Numbered from the stretch's first letter, positions 26,445 to 40,768 are shown. The stretch: 64,000 bases of DNA from Paramecium tetraurelia (GCA_000165425.1 CT868674.1:62001-126000); one strand, 5' to 3'. The notes: generated by a model not told the origin, from the sequence alone. Numbers and translations: made by a program.

Positions 26445-29249
26445 TCAAGACTTCTACTTTTTTCCTTTTCTTCTAGAAACTTGTCTTCTCTTTTTTCCTT
26501 TTCCAACTCTGGCTTTAGCTTTCATAGCTCTTTTATCTTTTTTCAGTCTCTTATCCACAGTCAGAACTTTCCTAGAGCTTTTGAATTCTAGAATTTAATT
26601 TATATTTATACTTCCACTTGCTTAACCTTTCCTAGCCACAATGACCTTTCTCTCCTACTCTTTTTAAATATTGGCTTTTTCTTTGTTATAGATTCTTCTC
26701 ACTTGTTGCATTTTAGTCTTTTAATTGATACCATCAGTATCAAAAACTGTTTAAGCTTTCTTTGCTGCAGTCTTAAGTTTTTTTTAAGCCTTTTTCCATT
26801 TTCTAATCTTGGCTTCCATAATCTTGAATAATAATACGGTTTAAATACCTTTTTAGGCACTCGAGAGTTAATTTCATATAATCTTTGTTTTTCCTATTAA
26901 AATTCCTCTTTTGTAATAGGTTCCATCTTAAATACATGTCTTTCTTCATCATCTACAAACCATTAAGGCAAATCTTAATCTTCCCATTTGTCTCTTCCAA
27001 ATGAATTTTCAATAATTTATTCTCTAGTCTTTTTCCTCATCATCTTTTTTGCCAATGCTAGATTACTAGCTAATTAATCAATATCATAATCCTCTATTCT
27101 TTTTTCTGGGACGATTTCTAATTCTTTATGATTTGGATCCTTGTCAGATGCTTACTTAGCTTTCTTCTCTTCTCTGGCAGCTATCTTCTTAAGTTGTCTT
27201 CTTCTTTTTTCCATATCTGAAATGGGAAGATTAAGTTCAAACTATTTAACTTTCTCGTCTTCTCCTGGTAATGGATCTTGAGTAATTTTTGCATCTAAAT
27301 AGATTAACAAAATATATACTTAATTTTTTTTGATATTCCATTTCTTTTTTGTCAACCCTTCTCAATAGATCAACATCTTTATTATCATCTAATTAGTTTA
27401 AGTCGTCCTGAATTTACTTCTAAAGATTTTTCAGTTATTTTGGATCCATAACTTTTTCTTCCAATTCGTCACTATCTGAGTCATTCTTGAATTTATCAGC
27501 TGCTTATTCCTTATCAGTTTTCTCTTTTTTCTTCTTATCCAATTATGTAATATTTTAATTCTTCAAAGGATTGTCAAATACATCCTCTTTTTATGTTTTA
27601 AGTTATTCCTTTAATTTTTAGAACCCCTCCTTATCAAAAAATTTACTCTTTAAATCTGAAACTTTTAAGTGATCCTCTTATTTCTTCACTCTTTTAATTG
27701 GTTTGCAAGCAAGCTCATCAGCATCAACTTCTTCTTACTCAGATTCTAGGGCTTACTTCTTATTTCTAATTCTTTCTAAAGCATTTTCTTTCTTCTATTT
27801 TTTGTTTTCATAAATTAATTCTAAATTTTTATCTAATTATTTTTAATTGTTAAATTCCAATTTCTCTTTCTTTAGTTTCTCCTCTTGTTTATCTTCTACA
27901 TCCACATATCCTAATTTGAGTATATTCTTATGCTTGGAAAATTAGAATAACTCTTAATCTTCTTCTTGAGGAGTGAATCCTATTCCCCTTCCTGATAGTT
28001 TCTTCTCTTACTAAGCTTACTTTTATTTTTATTTTCTTTATTCCTTTAATTCCTTCTTCTATTCCTCAATATATTATTATTCCAAAGCTTCCTTTTGTTT
28101 ATCTACTAATTTATCAAGATCATCTTATTCCTCTGCTTCTTCCTCATTTACTTCATCATCTTATCCTTCTCCTTCAGCCTCATCTAGATCTTCATATTCA
28201 GCACTTTCTTGTTGCTCCTATTTTTCTAGTTACTTTTATTCTTTCTTTTATTTTGATAAGAAATGCTTGATCTTACTTCTCCATTTTAATAATTATATAA
28301 TTTCTCTCTTTCCTAATACTTTGATATCCTCCATCAATATTTCATAATCCTAAGGAGGCTTAGCAAGACCCAAATACTTTTGCTTAGCTTCTTCAGTCAT
28401 CTTGATTCCTGCATATTCAATAAAGATTGGATATGGATTTTCTGCATGAAGAAACTCTTCAAAATCAATCATCTAATACACAGTTTAATGAACATCATCA
28501 GCATATCCGCTTCTATGTCTTTAGGTTCTCTTTTAAAGAATTTTGTCAACTGAGACAATTTCTTTCTGGATCTATTATTACAACATATCGGTTTCAGTAT
28601 CTTTGAACACATGTTTAGAATCAAATAACTTCTCATCAATGTATTCTGGTGCTAAATAGTCTAAACAAACAACAAAAATTTCAGCTGACACAAATCTACT
28701 TGCTAAGGGTTTAGTGGCTTCTACCTTTGAGAAAAATTTATTAAAGACCCACATTAAGGAATTGTAATCTGTTGATCTAAATACCTTTGTCACAAACACA
28801 CCTCCCTTCTTTAAAAATTAAGATGCCAATCTCAAGGCTGATAAGACTAGATCATTTTAGTTATATGCATCCTTAGCCCAACTGGCTCCCACATTAGGAG
28901 CACCATCATGTAAGAATACATCTGCTTTTTATGGTATTTCCTTTTTAAGCAATTACACACATTGTGGTGTTGTAATGTCTTAGGTGAATGCTTTGCATCC
29001 TGGAATTGGTTTGATGTGAACCAAATCCAAACCAATTATGATTGAACTTGTAGGCATTATTTGAGCACACACTTGCATCCATCCTCCTGGGGCTGCACAT
29101 AAATCTACGACTGTTCTTGCATTATTGAGAAAATTGTATTTGCGATTTAATTAGAACAATTTAAACGCTGCTCTTGATCTATATCCTTGATCCTTAGCAA
29201 GGTTGTAATATTTATCCAGTCGAGAACGTGCTTTTGTTTTTCTAGGCAT
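26445..29249 (-). CDS. SPB1: Pre-60S rRNA 2'-O-methyltransferase Spb1/FTSJ3
   Basis: [62 protein letters not shown]-terminal [12 protein letters not shown] and [13 protein letters not shown]. Confidence 0.96.
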
Positions 29250-29382
29250 TTTGGTTATTAAAATTAATTTGTGACCAGAATAATAATTTACATACAATAT
29301 CAATTATTTTGTATTCAATAATTATAATTAAGAGCATCCATTGAAAAAATAAAAATAAACAAAAACTTTTATGAATCAAAAT

Positions 29383-31005
29383 TCAATTTTTCCTGTTAAC
29401 TAATTGTTTTATTAATTTTTGACTGTTGTCTAGTTTTGGAACATCATTTAATCTATTCTGAATTTACAATTATAATTTTCTAATTTAAAATATTAAGATA
29501 CTGTAAATTGGTTTATTAAAATTTAGTTTATTTTAATTGATTTTCCAAATTGAAGTTTTCTTAATCTAATCTTATCTTATTTTGCTATTAAATTGGAGTG
29601 GAAGGAGCTGAACTCTTCTGTTTAAATTCCATCTATTTACAGTAATTAGCAGTTAATGGAAATCCTTTCTATTCATGTACAGACTTATGGGTTTCCTATT
29701 TTTGAGTCATCATTTAATTGAAAGACTTTTAAAGAGTACTGATTTATTCCCCATATTTAAGTTTTACTTTTTAAATTTCATTCTGCATCTCTTGATTCAA
29801 TTGAATAATTTTATCTTCAATTTGCTTCTTTTTCAGCAGAGGGGATTCTGCAATTGCAGGAGTTCTTTATTGATTCAAACTTTATAACCCAAATTCGGAC
29901 TAATAAAAATAAATACAGTCGATACCACTCTATTCATTGCTTTTTCATACTTATCTGCATCTTGATATTGATGTTCTAGCATCGTTCCTGTTTCATTCAT
30001 TTGAATATCATCAATATTGTTGATAATCATTGTTCCTAGATCTTCTTCCTCTTCGCATTCTATTAAGGTATCTAATGGGACTCCAATCTATTCTTGGGAG
30101 AATTGAAATTATTATTCATCCTATTTCTTCTACTTACTTAATTTATATGATTCGATTTGCTTTTTGCATTTAAGCATGAATTATTGAATGTATTCTCTAC
30201 TCTTACAATATTTTTGAAAAAAGGGGTCTTATAATAATTCTTTAGTGGAGGGCCTCTCTTTGGGATCTAAAGTAAGGCATCTTTTTACAAATTAATTGAA
30301 TTCTCTTGACCATTTACTTTAATCAGTCAATGAGTTGGGGGGATTATTTTTAATAGCAAACATCGCTCTAATTGGATGTATATGTGCATAGGGTGGTTCC
30401 CCTTCTGCCATTTCAATTGCTGTGATTCCCAAGGACCAAATGTCAGTCTTTTTGCTGTATCTTGATTTGAGTAGAATCTCTGGTGACATCCAAAAAGGAC
30501 TTCCAATCACTGTATCAGTGTCAGCCATAGTGTGTACCAGTTATGTGGAAACACCAAAATCAGCTAATTTAATATTGCCCAAATGATCAATTAGAATATT
30601 TCCACATTTAACATCTCGATGTATTTTTTTATGGCTGTGCATGTAATCAATGCCTTTAACTGTTTAATATAGAATGGTGGCAATTATTTCTTCAGGCAAA
30701 GGATATTGCAAAGCCTTAATCAGTTCTAAAACACTTCCTCCTGAACAATATTCCATGATTAACCACAATTATCCATTTGAATGATAGGATCCGAAATATT
30801 TGACTATGTTATCACATCTACAATCTCTGAGTATTTGAATTTCTCTTTTGAGGGATTCAATCTCTCCAGAAGATGGTACTATCTTTATGGCAACTGCCTT
30901 CCCATTGTCCAATTGTATCCCCTTGTAAACTTAGCCATACGATCCCTCTCCAATTACACATTCTAAACGATAATAATTCTCGGGGTTGATTTGAGTTTCA
31001 TTCAT
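29383..31005 (-). CDS. STE20-family MST/Hippo-like kinase with SARAH-like helix
   Basis: [69 protein letters not shown] motifs. Then [19 protein letters not shown]. Confidence 0.92.
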
Positions 31006-31107
31006 ATTTTGAATTTATTTAAATTAATCGTTGATGGATAATATACCACAAGCACAGTATAATATTTGCTTATCATTTAAAGGAAGAAATATGTTCTCAC
31101 AGACATA

Positions 31108-31917
31108 ATGAAAAAGAGAAAGCATCAATCAAGTCTGAATGAGGAGAGAGCACGTTAAATTAAGGAGAGAATCCAGAAGAAAAAATAAAAGACTAAGGAT
31201 TTTGTGCATCCTGAAAAGTTTGTGGACAAGTATCGTAAATAACAAACAGCATATTCCTATTTTAAAAGAAAAGTACTTTCAATCTATAATTTAATTAGGA
31301 ACGCAAACAAAATTTAGAAACAGTCGATGCGAAATCTATTCCAATTAATAAAACATTACTTGTGGTGAGAATTAGAGGGTATACAAATTTAACTAGATTA
31401 TTTTTAGTGTTAAAGATATCTCCAACAGACAACAAAAAATACTGAAGGAACTAAGATTAAACAAGGTTAACACAGCTGTTTTTGTGAAGACTACTGTAGA
31501 TATTTGGAAGAAGTTGAAATTAGTTGAGAATTACATTACCTATGGGTAATGATTCCAAATCTATTTAGATTGCCAACACGATAAATTATCAACGATTTAA
31601 TTGTCAAGAGAGGACACATCATGAAAGATAAAGAAATTATTGCATTGAAATCAAATGAAATCATCGAAGAGTATATGAGTGAGAAAGACATTATTTGTGT
31701 TGAGGACATTGTGAATACAATTGCAAATGCATCAGAGAATTTCGACTTTGTTACCAAATTCTTAGTGTATTATATTTAAATAATCATTAGACCATTAAAA
31801 TTAAATCATCCTGAAGGACAATTAAAAAGTGGCAAGATTAAAAAGCCATTGACCAAACAAGGCGAGTGGGGTTACAGGGAGGAAAGAATAAACAGCCTTG
31901 TAGAAAACATGATTTGA
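31108..31917 (+). CDS. uL30/RPL7-like ribosome biogenesis protein (Rlp7-like)
   Basis: FVHPEKFVDKYR, LLVVRIRG, ILKELRLNKVNTAVFVK, VENYITYG, IICVEDIVNTI, GEWGYREERINSLVENMI. 4 introns. Confidence 0.88.
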
Positions 31918-32103
31918 TTTATATTATATATGTTATCAAATTATATTAATATCTCCAAAATTATTATCCTAATAAATTTCAATTGCAATTTAGATATTGC
32001 AATTTAATTTAGATAGTAAATTTTATTGTACTTTTTGCTAATGTGATAAATTGAATCGCATTAACAAATTTCATTAATTATTTTGAATTCAAAATAAAAT
32101 ATC

Positions 32104-33484
32104 ATGTAATAGCAGACTGTCGATGAAAGCATTCTCTAATAAGTATTTTACTCAAATAATTGTAGTTGAGACGCATTTTAAGTTTTGACTTCTTAAGTAG
32201 AAACTATTTTCTATTAAGAAAATTTGATCCGAACTCAGGGTATGTAATGCTTCAGAGTTTAGCCAAAGAAAAAAGCTTTAGACCTTTAATAGATTACCCC
32301 TATGGAATAGAGGCACTCGTCAATGTATAAATAAGTCATATTTGATTTTTAGATATTGATCCAATACAACTACAGTAATTGGATTTTTGATCAAACTTTC
32401 AATGTAGTTCGACCCATCTTTGCATAAGAGAGAAAATAAGTCCAAATTTTGATCAAAAAGAATTAAGTAGATGATTTCAAGACATTTTTACAAGAATTAG
32501 ATCTTGTAAAGGAATGTGAAGTGTAGGAAGCAGAGTACATTGCAAATAAGGATATGATAAAGTTGTTCATCATTTTTGACAATGAAGATGAAGCATAAAT
32601 GAACTTTAGCAAAATCTAATAACAAAAAGCTACAGTAACTTATTAATATAAAATCTAGTACTCAATACAAAATGCTAAAATGGAAGAAGTTGATTACTTC
32701 ACCAAATTTCTTAACATTGTTCAATCCAAACAATAATAATTTTAAGAGTACAGGATGAATAACCCGAGAAATTATGAAGATAGGCAAGCCGAAGATTAAT
32801 AATTTTCACATTAATAAACACAAAATTAATAATAATAGAAATTCTATTAGCACCATTAACAAGAAAAACAATAATAATAAGATTACACCTCCTCAGATAT
32901 TGTTAATTAAAGATTGAATCAGATCAGATCAAGTGATAGAATAGAATTCAATTATGCCCCACTTTAAGAACAGTAGTCCCTGTTCTCCTTTGTGCCTCTT
33001 GTCAACCCTACACAATAAGTGGCAGTTTAATATAGCACTTAATTTATTGAGAAGAAAAACTCAATTGAAATATTACCCTCAGAGGTAGTTCCTGAATGCG
33101 CACGAAAAGAGGATGCTGAATAAATTGAGACTCAAAATAATTAGATGCAAATTACAAGAGAAACAGAATCCAACAAGGAGAATTCAGTGGAAAGGAATAA
33201 TTAAAAATCATATTCAAGGGAGTTATACTAAGAAAAGTAGCACTTCAAACCTGGATATTAATAAAATGGATATGTAATTATTATTTCTAACTTAGTAATA
33301 GAAGAGAAGAAATAACTATGATTACAATCAAAGTAAATATCATAACAATAGAAAACCACAATATTATAGTATTAAATTAAGTAATTTAGATCGTTTAGAG
33401 GATGACCTAAAGGAATTTACTGGGTATAAGAAATACCAACAACGATAATAGAAGGAATATTATGAATTAAAGAAGGAATATTGA
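32104..33484 (+). CDS. La-related protein (divergent La motif + RRM, LARP4-like) with Q/R/Y-rich tail
   Basis: QQLRRILSFDFLSRNYFL..GYV; NVVRP..R..V; LFIIFDNEDEAQ. Low-complexity C-terminal half. Confidence 0.6.
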
Positions 33485-33867
33485 TTTCTCAATCATTTTT
33501 GTTATTCCATAACTTTACATTCTCCAAACCAATCCTTATATATATTATTAATGTTTCCAAGAGATTAACTTCACTTTTATTCAAACTGACTTGTATTCTC
33601 AAATCTTAGACTTCTATGGAGACAATCAATTTAAATAGACAAAATTATAAGGTTCATTCTATAAACTTATTCCATAGATAAAAATCGCATAGATTTCCAA
33701 AATTTTTTTCTTGTTGTGTTTTAATTGGATTATGCAATCAAGAATTATGCAGATAAATTCCTAAATTCGTTATTACAACTCTTTCTAAGATTTAAGAATA
33801 TAGATTGAGAGTTATCAATAATTGTGAAATATTTTATTATATTTTATTCAATAATAATTCTTACAGA

Positions 33868-36800
33868 ATGGCATCATAGATGTATTCATTTATTAGAATT
33901 TCATTAGAGTATTTAAGGAGAAGGATTACGAATTTATTTACAAAACCAGAGTCATTTAATTATAATAAACTACAGACAATCCATTGAGATTAGACAGACC
34001 AAAGGTTACAATACAAAGAGGAAGGAAAGCCAATGTATAAATAAGAACAAAAGGAAATTTCGTTGATCCTTTGTCAAGAGCAGCTACTTAAAAAGCTTAA
34101 ACAAATCCATTAAGCAGACCACAAACCGTGGATCCATTGGCTAGACCTTCAGCTTAACCAACTCAAAAAATAGAATAGTCATAATCACAAGCCTAGGCGA
34201 AAAGTGTTGAGCCAAATAAGCCATAATAATAATAATAGGAAGGCAAACTTGAGATTGATGCAGAAGAGAAATAATTAAAAGCAACAGGAGAATTTTCAAT
34301 TTATTGGTCGGAAATAAGAGAGGACTTCTAAAACATATTTCAAATTAAAACATACGATTTAGAGCAACCAGTACCAAATGTATAAACAAATTATATGCTA
34401 GCCTTTTGGATCTAATGTTCAAGCTATGAATTAATTTGATGGATAAGCTAAATCAGCATATAGTGGAGACAGCAAAATTGAATATTAGACACAGGCTCCA
34501 AAGTAAGGGACTTAAAAAATGATCTTATAAAAAACATACATTCAAAAGGTCTTGGATATCAGAAGAGATTTAAAGAGACAATGGATTAATGGAGACAAGG
34601 TGGCATCATTATAATTAGCAATCTAATCTTGCAAATTACTAATTGATAATGATAAGCCTCTCTTCGCTCCTGTCAAATATGTTTACATTATTGACATTTT
34701 GGAAACCTTTGGTAAATTCGTAATTGAGAGATTGTTAAAATTAAGTTATCCACAGTATACAGACTAAAAGATTGCTGAAATCAGTTTATAAAGTGTGGTT
34801 GGATCAAACATCTCTGAAACAGCTTCAGAAATAGGAAGAAATTGGATAAATAAAATAGGATCTATAAGAGAATTATTACCTCGATTGTATGTGGAAGCCA
34901 CTCTGTTGAAGGTTTATTATTTTATTGATTAAACCTAAATTAAACCAATATTCCAAAGACTTATTAAATAAGTCAGGGCAATTGGTGATTATATCAATGT
35001 ACACTGTTTTTGTATTCAATTAGGCTTTGTACTTTGCACTTTATCTATTTAGAATAGGAGCTGAATTATTCTCAGGCGAGAAGGATTATCTCATATCTAC
35101 ATTAAAAGATTTCTTTATCTATATGAATCAAAAAACTAAATTTGGCAAATTAGATGTCTAAGGAGACTAATATCTAAGACTTTTTGAACCATATTTAATA
35201 TAGACATTTAGACAATATTCACAAAATTGTACAGAAGTAACTTATTTAATTAACTTCAATTTAGAGAGAATTTAAGGATATTTTTGAACATTTTAGATAG
35301 AGTACTTAAAATCATTTTGTTTTGAAAAAAATGATTGAATAATTTTAGGCTGTTCATATTAGTACACTAGCATTAGAGTTATTTTCAATAATGCAAGCTT
35401 ATCCTGTGGATAATAAATATTAATTATATGCTTGCTTTTTACCTAAAATAGCTAAGGGATTAACTAATGTAGCTGCTGGTGCTGAGATATGTGAGTATGT
35501 TTTATAGGACATTTTATAAATAAAGTCATTTTCACTCTTTTTAGAGATCTTGGCATCATTAATTGAATTGATTTTTAGATCCTTTTAGGGATATCAGAAA
35601 AATTAATTCTTTTTCTTGATATTATAAAGATTCAATGATTTATTTAGTATGGTTGAAAAGGATCAAGTGAATACCAATTAAAGTAGGGATACTTTTATCA
35701 AATTGCATTAATTTATTATTAAAATATTTTAAGATTCTTAAGATATTTCAGAAATACTCTAAATTGACACATTTATTACTTGTATCTAATTTTTCCCTGA
35801 AGACATGAAGAAGCTAGTGTGTAATGATTTGCTTTCGATGATAATAAATAGGGATCAGAAAGAAAAAATCACTGATCCTATGGCAGTGCATTCAATTGTA
35901 AAGTTAACAGCAAATTTGAATAATAAGAAATCAATTACCAAGGATGAATAAAAAAGCTTGGCAAAAATAATTAATTAATTATTGTAAAAGATTGATTTTG
36001 GTAAAGATTTAGAATAAACATTGAATCTATATGCTGAAATGAGAGCTTAATTTGGAAATATAAAGTGGGTTATCTGAAATTTTGATAGATAGAGCTTTGG
36101 ATTTTAATTTTTTAAAGGGCAAGCGATTGTCGAAGGGGAAAATATCAAAAAGAAGATAATTTCATTTTTTTAGGCTTGGCATAGCTTATAGTTTTATCAC
36201 TATTCCCACAATAGATAATCCAATATCTAGGTTGAGAAAATATATTCAAGTGGCTCAAGTTGGTTTATCATTGAATTTATTATCATAAAGTGAAGCAGTC
36301 ATTAAAACTACTATTGAAAATCTTCTTGAATTACCTGAAACATTTAATGGTCGACCCATCGATGAAATCGTTGTGCCATACATTTTGGACTTAATTTCCT
36401 TCATTATTGTTGTCCCTGACGACCCTTCTGCTGGCTACTTGAATATTTTCCAAGGCTTGTTGAAAGCACTTGAGTAGCTCAAATGGAATCCAAAGAATGG
36501 AGGAATTCACGCAATAGTAATATATGTTAATTGCATTCAATACTTATGTGCTTAAGTTTAAGAAAGATTGCCTTATCATTTTGAGAATGTTAAATCTAAT
36601 GATGCTTTGTTCAATAAGGACTCTTAATTTAGTTTGACCATATTGGAATTAGTGCAATAATTGTATGTTAAATTGGGGGAACAAGCTTAAGCAATTCTAA
36701 AATCAAATATTACCGATTCAATAGTAAGATTATGTTTTATATAAAAAGGAAAATGGTTTGATTGTAAAGCAGATGTTAAGTTGCTTGAATAGATTGCTAT

Positions 36801-37050
36801 TGTTATTAAAATTTAATAAAGAAGCAGAAACTACATTTACAATAATGGTTGATTTAATATATAAAAAAATAAATGAATTAAACAGAGATAGAACAGGAAA
36901 GGTGTAATTGACCATATTAAAAGCATATTTCCTCTAAACTTTTATTAGCATTGAGAAGTCAACTACAGTAATCAATTATTAATAATTTAGTTTAATTTTG
37001 AGGAGAAAAAGAATTAAATGGTAAGTATCTTAGAAAGCGCAAAAAATTGA
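33868..37050 (+). CDS. VPS35L: VPS35 endosomal sorting factor-like (Retriever/Commander subunit)
   Basis: N-terminal DPL/NPL motifs. PVKYVYIIDILETFGKFVIERL, NWINKIGSIRELLPRLYVEA, DFGKDLEQTLNLY, FITIPTI, VVPDDP, QERLPYH. Confidence 0.88.
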
Positions 37051-37157
37051 ACATTAATTTCATTTAGACGTTATATTTAATAAGTGTATTTCTTGCAAAT
37101 TCTCAATATTTAAATTATTCTAAACTTTTTAGTACAATAAATATTATAATCAAAATT

Positions 37158-38520
37158 TCAAACCATTTCAGTTTCTGATTGATCAACCTAACTGATTCGA
37201 CTAAATTGCTATCTTTTAATAAATGATTCTGCTAATCTGAGTCCCAGAGGAATTATCATTAAAAACAATATGGATATTTTTATATAGTGAAATTAAGCAA
37301 AAAATATTTTGCATAGCAATCTCTTTGTTTCAGACGGCCCTCCTATTCTACTTGTTGCTTTCTTTTCAAAGCTCTAAATCCAATACATAGCAATATAGGT
37401 CAGGAGGTACTGAATATTTTAGCCAATTTAGGTTAATATTTAATCCGATTCAATTTTGATTAGCATTTATTATTTTGAATAGAAAGCTAACAAATAACAA
37501 GGGAAAAATAATATTGAAAATCCAGAGATATCATGAGTTTCAAATTTAGTTTTAGGATTATACCCTCCTCCCCTTGTACAGAGTGGCTATTTTAAGATAT
37601 TTTATTTCCATTATTATTTCATATCTATTAGTGATTGTTCATAATGCCTTTCAAAATACAAGAGAAATGCTAAGGCAAACACTATCAATGAGACCAATAA
37701 TATTTTTAGATATCTATATTGGTTTAACAATAGTGAGTTGCTGAAAGCTTTCTGTATCATTTTCTCCAAACCACAATAGTAATATATGTAAAGTATATAT
37801 CCTCCTATGATCCAACCTATAACGATTTAATTTAAGAAATGAACACCAAAGTATAATCTCCCAATACCTATTAGGAATGCAAAGGTTGCAATAAACATCT
37901 TATACTTTGAATAGGAGATATATTGATTTTCATAAATTGAATTATACAATTCAGAACTAAGAATTAATTAAAAGAATACTTAGAGATTTCTTTTTAGTCG
38001 TATATCTGTTTTTCAGAATCCAAGAGTATACTGTTCTCGGAATGGTTGTATTTCTTTAATACAATAGTTTCAATTAGTATTGCATAGAACACAAAAGACC
38101 TCAGGGAATGGCCACTTGGATCTCCATACCCAGTATAGCAGAAATCCAGTTTGATCTGTGGATCTAGGTAAAATGGTCTTGGTTGAGTCATAACCATCTT
38201 TATTAAGTTGCCAAATGCTGCGGCTATTGCATTCATAGTAATGAGCTTGAATATCTGAATTTTGTTTTAAGCTTTCAACCAAATCAAAATTGTTAAGACA
38301 TTAGTGCATTCTGCATCACCTGCAGTTGAGAATATCAAGAGTATGTACTCTAAAATATTTTAAGAGTTGTACCGAATATTCCAGTTTCTTTTCCATATTC
38401 AAATTAAATTTGGAGAAATTTGGTGATTTCATTACTTATGTTGTATGTTAAGCCTCCAAAAAAGTGGTCCAAAACCAAAAGAAATAGGAGTATCAAAGTT
38501 GAGAATATTAGTTTGTACAT
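37158..38520 (-). CDS. PAP2-superfamily integral membrane phosphatase
   Basis: Three catalytic motifs KMVMTQPRP, PSGH and GRLYFGVHFLNQI. Many TM segments. Confidence 0.92.
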
Positions 38521-38921
38521 TAAATAAAGAAAATTAGAATTCAAAAGAATTTAAAATTAACTTCTGAAATTCCAATATTCTTATCAAGAGTTATGATTAT
38601 TTTACATTAAATAATATTTAATAAATTTTACATTAGCATTAGAAAAAGATAAAATCCATCCTTATTGAATGATTTTTTAGACAAGGATTGTATAGTTAAT
38701 TTGGATACCATGTATCTCAGAACTTTACATTAATGAATAAATTAGATTATCGTTAATTTATTGTAAGATTCATCAATTCTAAGCTCTATGATTTAATGAA
38801 AATATGAACTTCTCCATCCCCCATACTGTTATTTATCATTTAATTCATAAAAAGAAAAGTATATGATATAAATATATTCAACTCTGAATGTTATTTCTAA
38901 TGTTAAATGAAAATAAATTAT

Positions 38922-40696
38922 ATGAATATATTTATATTGATTGCATTTATAGCAATTAATGCAGAACTAGTCAGAATACATGAAGAAGTAAAAGAGAGTT
39001 TTGAAGGGAACAATAGTATAAGCAAAATTAAAATTTAGGATGGACGATTAAAAATGGAATAGTGAAAAAAGAGTTTTGTAATTCTAAATTAGTTTTTGGA
39101 GGATTTGGTGGTTAAACAGTTATTAGTAAATTATTGATTGTTCCAACTCATGCTTATATTAAAATAAGTGTGGATATTTGGAGGTAGTATGCATTGGTAT
39201 GACAAAGTTTTAATTAATGGGGATAAGTTAAAGCATACTTGGATCATGTTGAAATATAATCCGTATAGATCCAATAAAGATGTAGTGAAAATGACTATTA
39301 CTTAAGTACTTTTACTTCTGAATTTATTCACAGTGGAGCATCCATAATATTAGTGATGAGTGGGAATGGAGAGTAAAATGATAATTAAGTAATGATAAAA
39401 CTTAGAACTAGTGGGGATTTCGAAACTTGGAAATTTCAATTGAATAATGTCCATAATCTTGCTAAATTTGTGATTAGGGAGATGTGGCAGAGACATGTTA
39501 AATTTGGAAGAGTGCTGCAAATAGTTGGAATGCTGCACATACAAATTTTATGGGTTAAGATGGTTGGATATCAATTAATGGGATAAGTGGATCCTCGAAA
39601 TGCGGAGGTATAAGAATCACACTATAATTATAGGAGTGCCATTAATAGGAGGTTATTAAAGGTTTGGAAAAAATCAGGGATTGAGCAAGACAATCAGACT
39701 ATAACCTCATTATAAATTACGATTATTAGTTCTATGGGCTAAGATCGACTCTTGGGATAATGAAAATGGATTAATTCTATTTGATGGGAAGCAAGTTTGG
39801 AACTAAAATTTTAATAATGATAATGGATATTAAGTCAAGGTTTGTGGTAATTCTGAACCTAAATATCACACTCTATTTAAAAGGATAGATATTACAGTTG
39901 ATCATTCAGGTGATTAAGTTAAGATAGATTTTTGGTCTTCTTTAGATTCAGGTTCAGATGATGAATCCTTTGGTTTAAGGGATCTTTAGTTGTTCTATGC
40001 TCCTTGTTAGGATTAATGTGAAGTATGTAAAGGTGAATTAGGAAGTGAATGCATAAGTATTGATACACATATATCTTTAGGATGCTCTAATTATCAGTTT
40101 CAGAATGTAAAAGGATGCTCTGAAGCATAGAGCTTTTATATATTGGAAAGAAGCTTTTATGCTTAAAAGTTTACAAGTTTGGAGGGATGGATATTAAAGG
40201 AGACTCAGTAAAACTTAATGATCACTGATTATTAAGATAAGACAATTGTTGGAGGGCAAAATATTTTGGGAGTAGGAGCAACAGCTGAGAAGTTGTTTAT
40301 CTTACCTCCTCATACTTAATTGAGATTGGAAGTCACTTTATACAAAATTGATTTGTGGGATGGAGAAAATATAATAATTGAAGTGGATGATTAGAATATT
40401 TGGGATACCTAGAGATTTTAAGACTCAAATGGATTCTTATATGGAACTGCTTAATTTGGTAATATAATATACGCCAGTTCAATTTTTAAACATGATAAAT
40501 CAGAAGCTCTTGTAAGGATAAGATCCACCTTAGATGAAGGTGCTGATAATGGTAATAGATCTTAATAATTGTAGAATCATGGGGATTCAGAGATTTTTGT
40601 TTGATGTATGATGTAGCTACAGTGGTTGAAATATCTGATGCCTTAGAATAATATTTAATAACTTTAGGAATAGTAATGATTATTAGTTTTATCTGA
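38922..40696 (+). CDS. Secreted/surface protein with three tandem copies of a domain and Cys linkers, possible GPI tail
   Basis: Signal peptide MNIFILIAFIAINA. Repeated GG..G..PH..KIDxWDxE..(ES)WGFR motif, CxxxCxxC linkers, hydrophobic C-terminus LITLGIVMIISFI. Confidence 0.82.
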
Positions 40697-40768
40697 TACG
40701 AAATCAGTTACATTATTTTATATAATCAACAAATTTATATATAATAATATTATGTTTATACAACCGAA

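Noticed and set aside
26445..31917. Functional cluster of ribosome-biogenesis genes (SPB1, RLP7-like)
   Set aside because: Only two genes, separated by an unrelated kinase. Expected by chance in a gene-dense genome.
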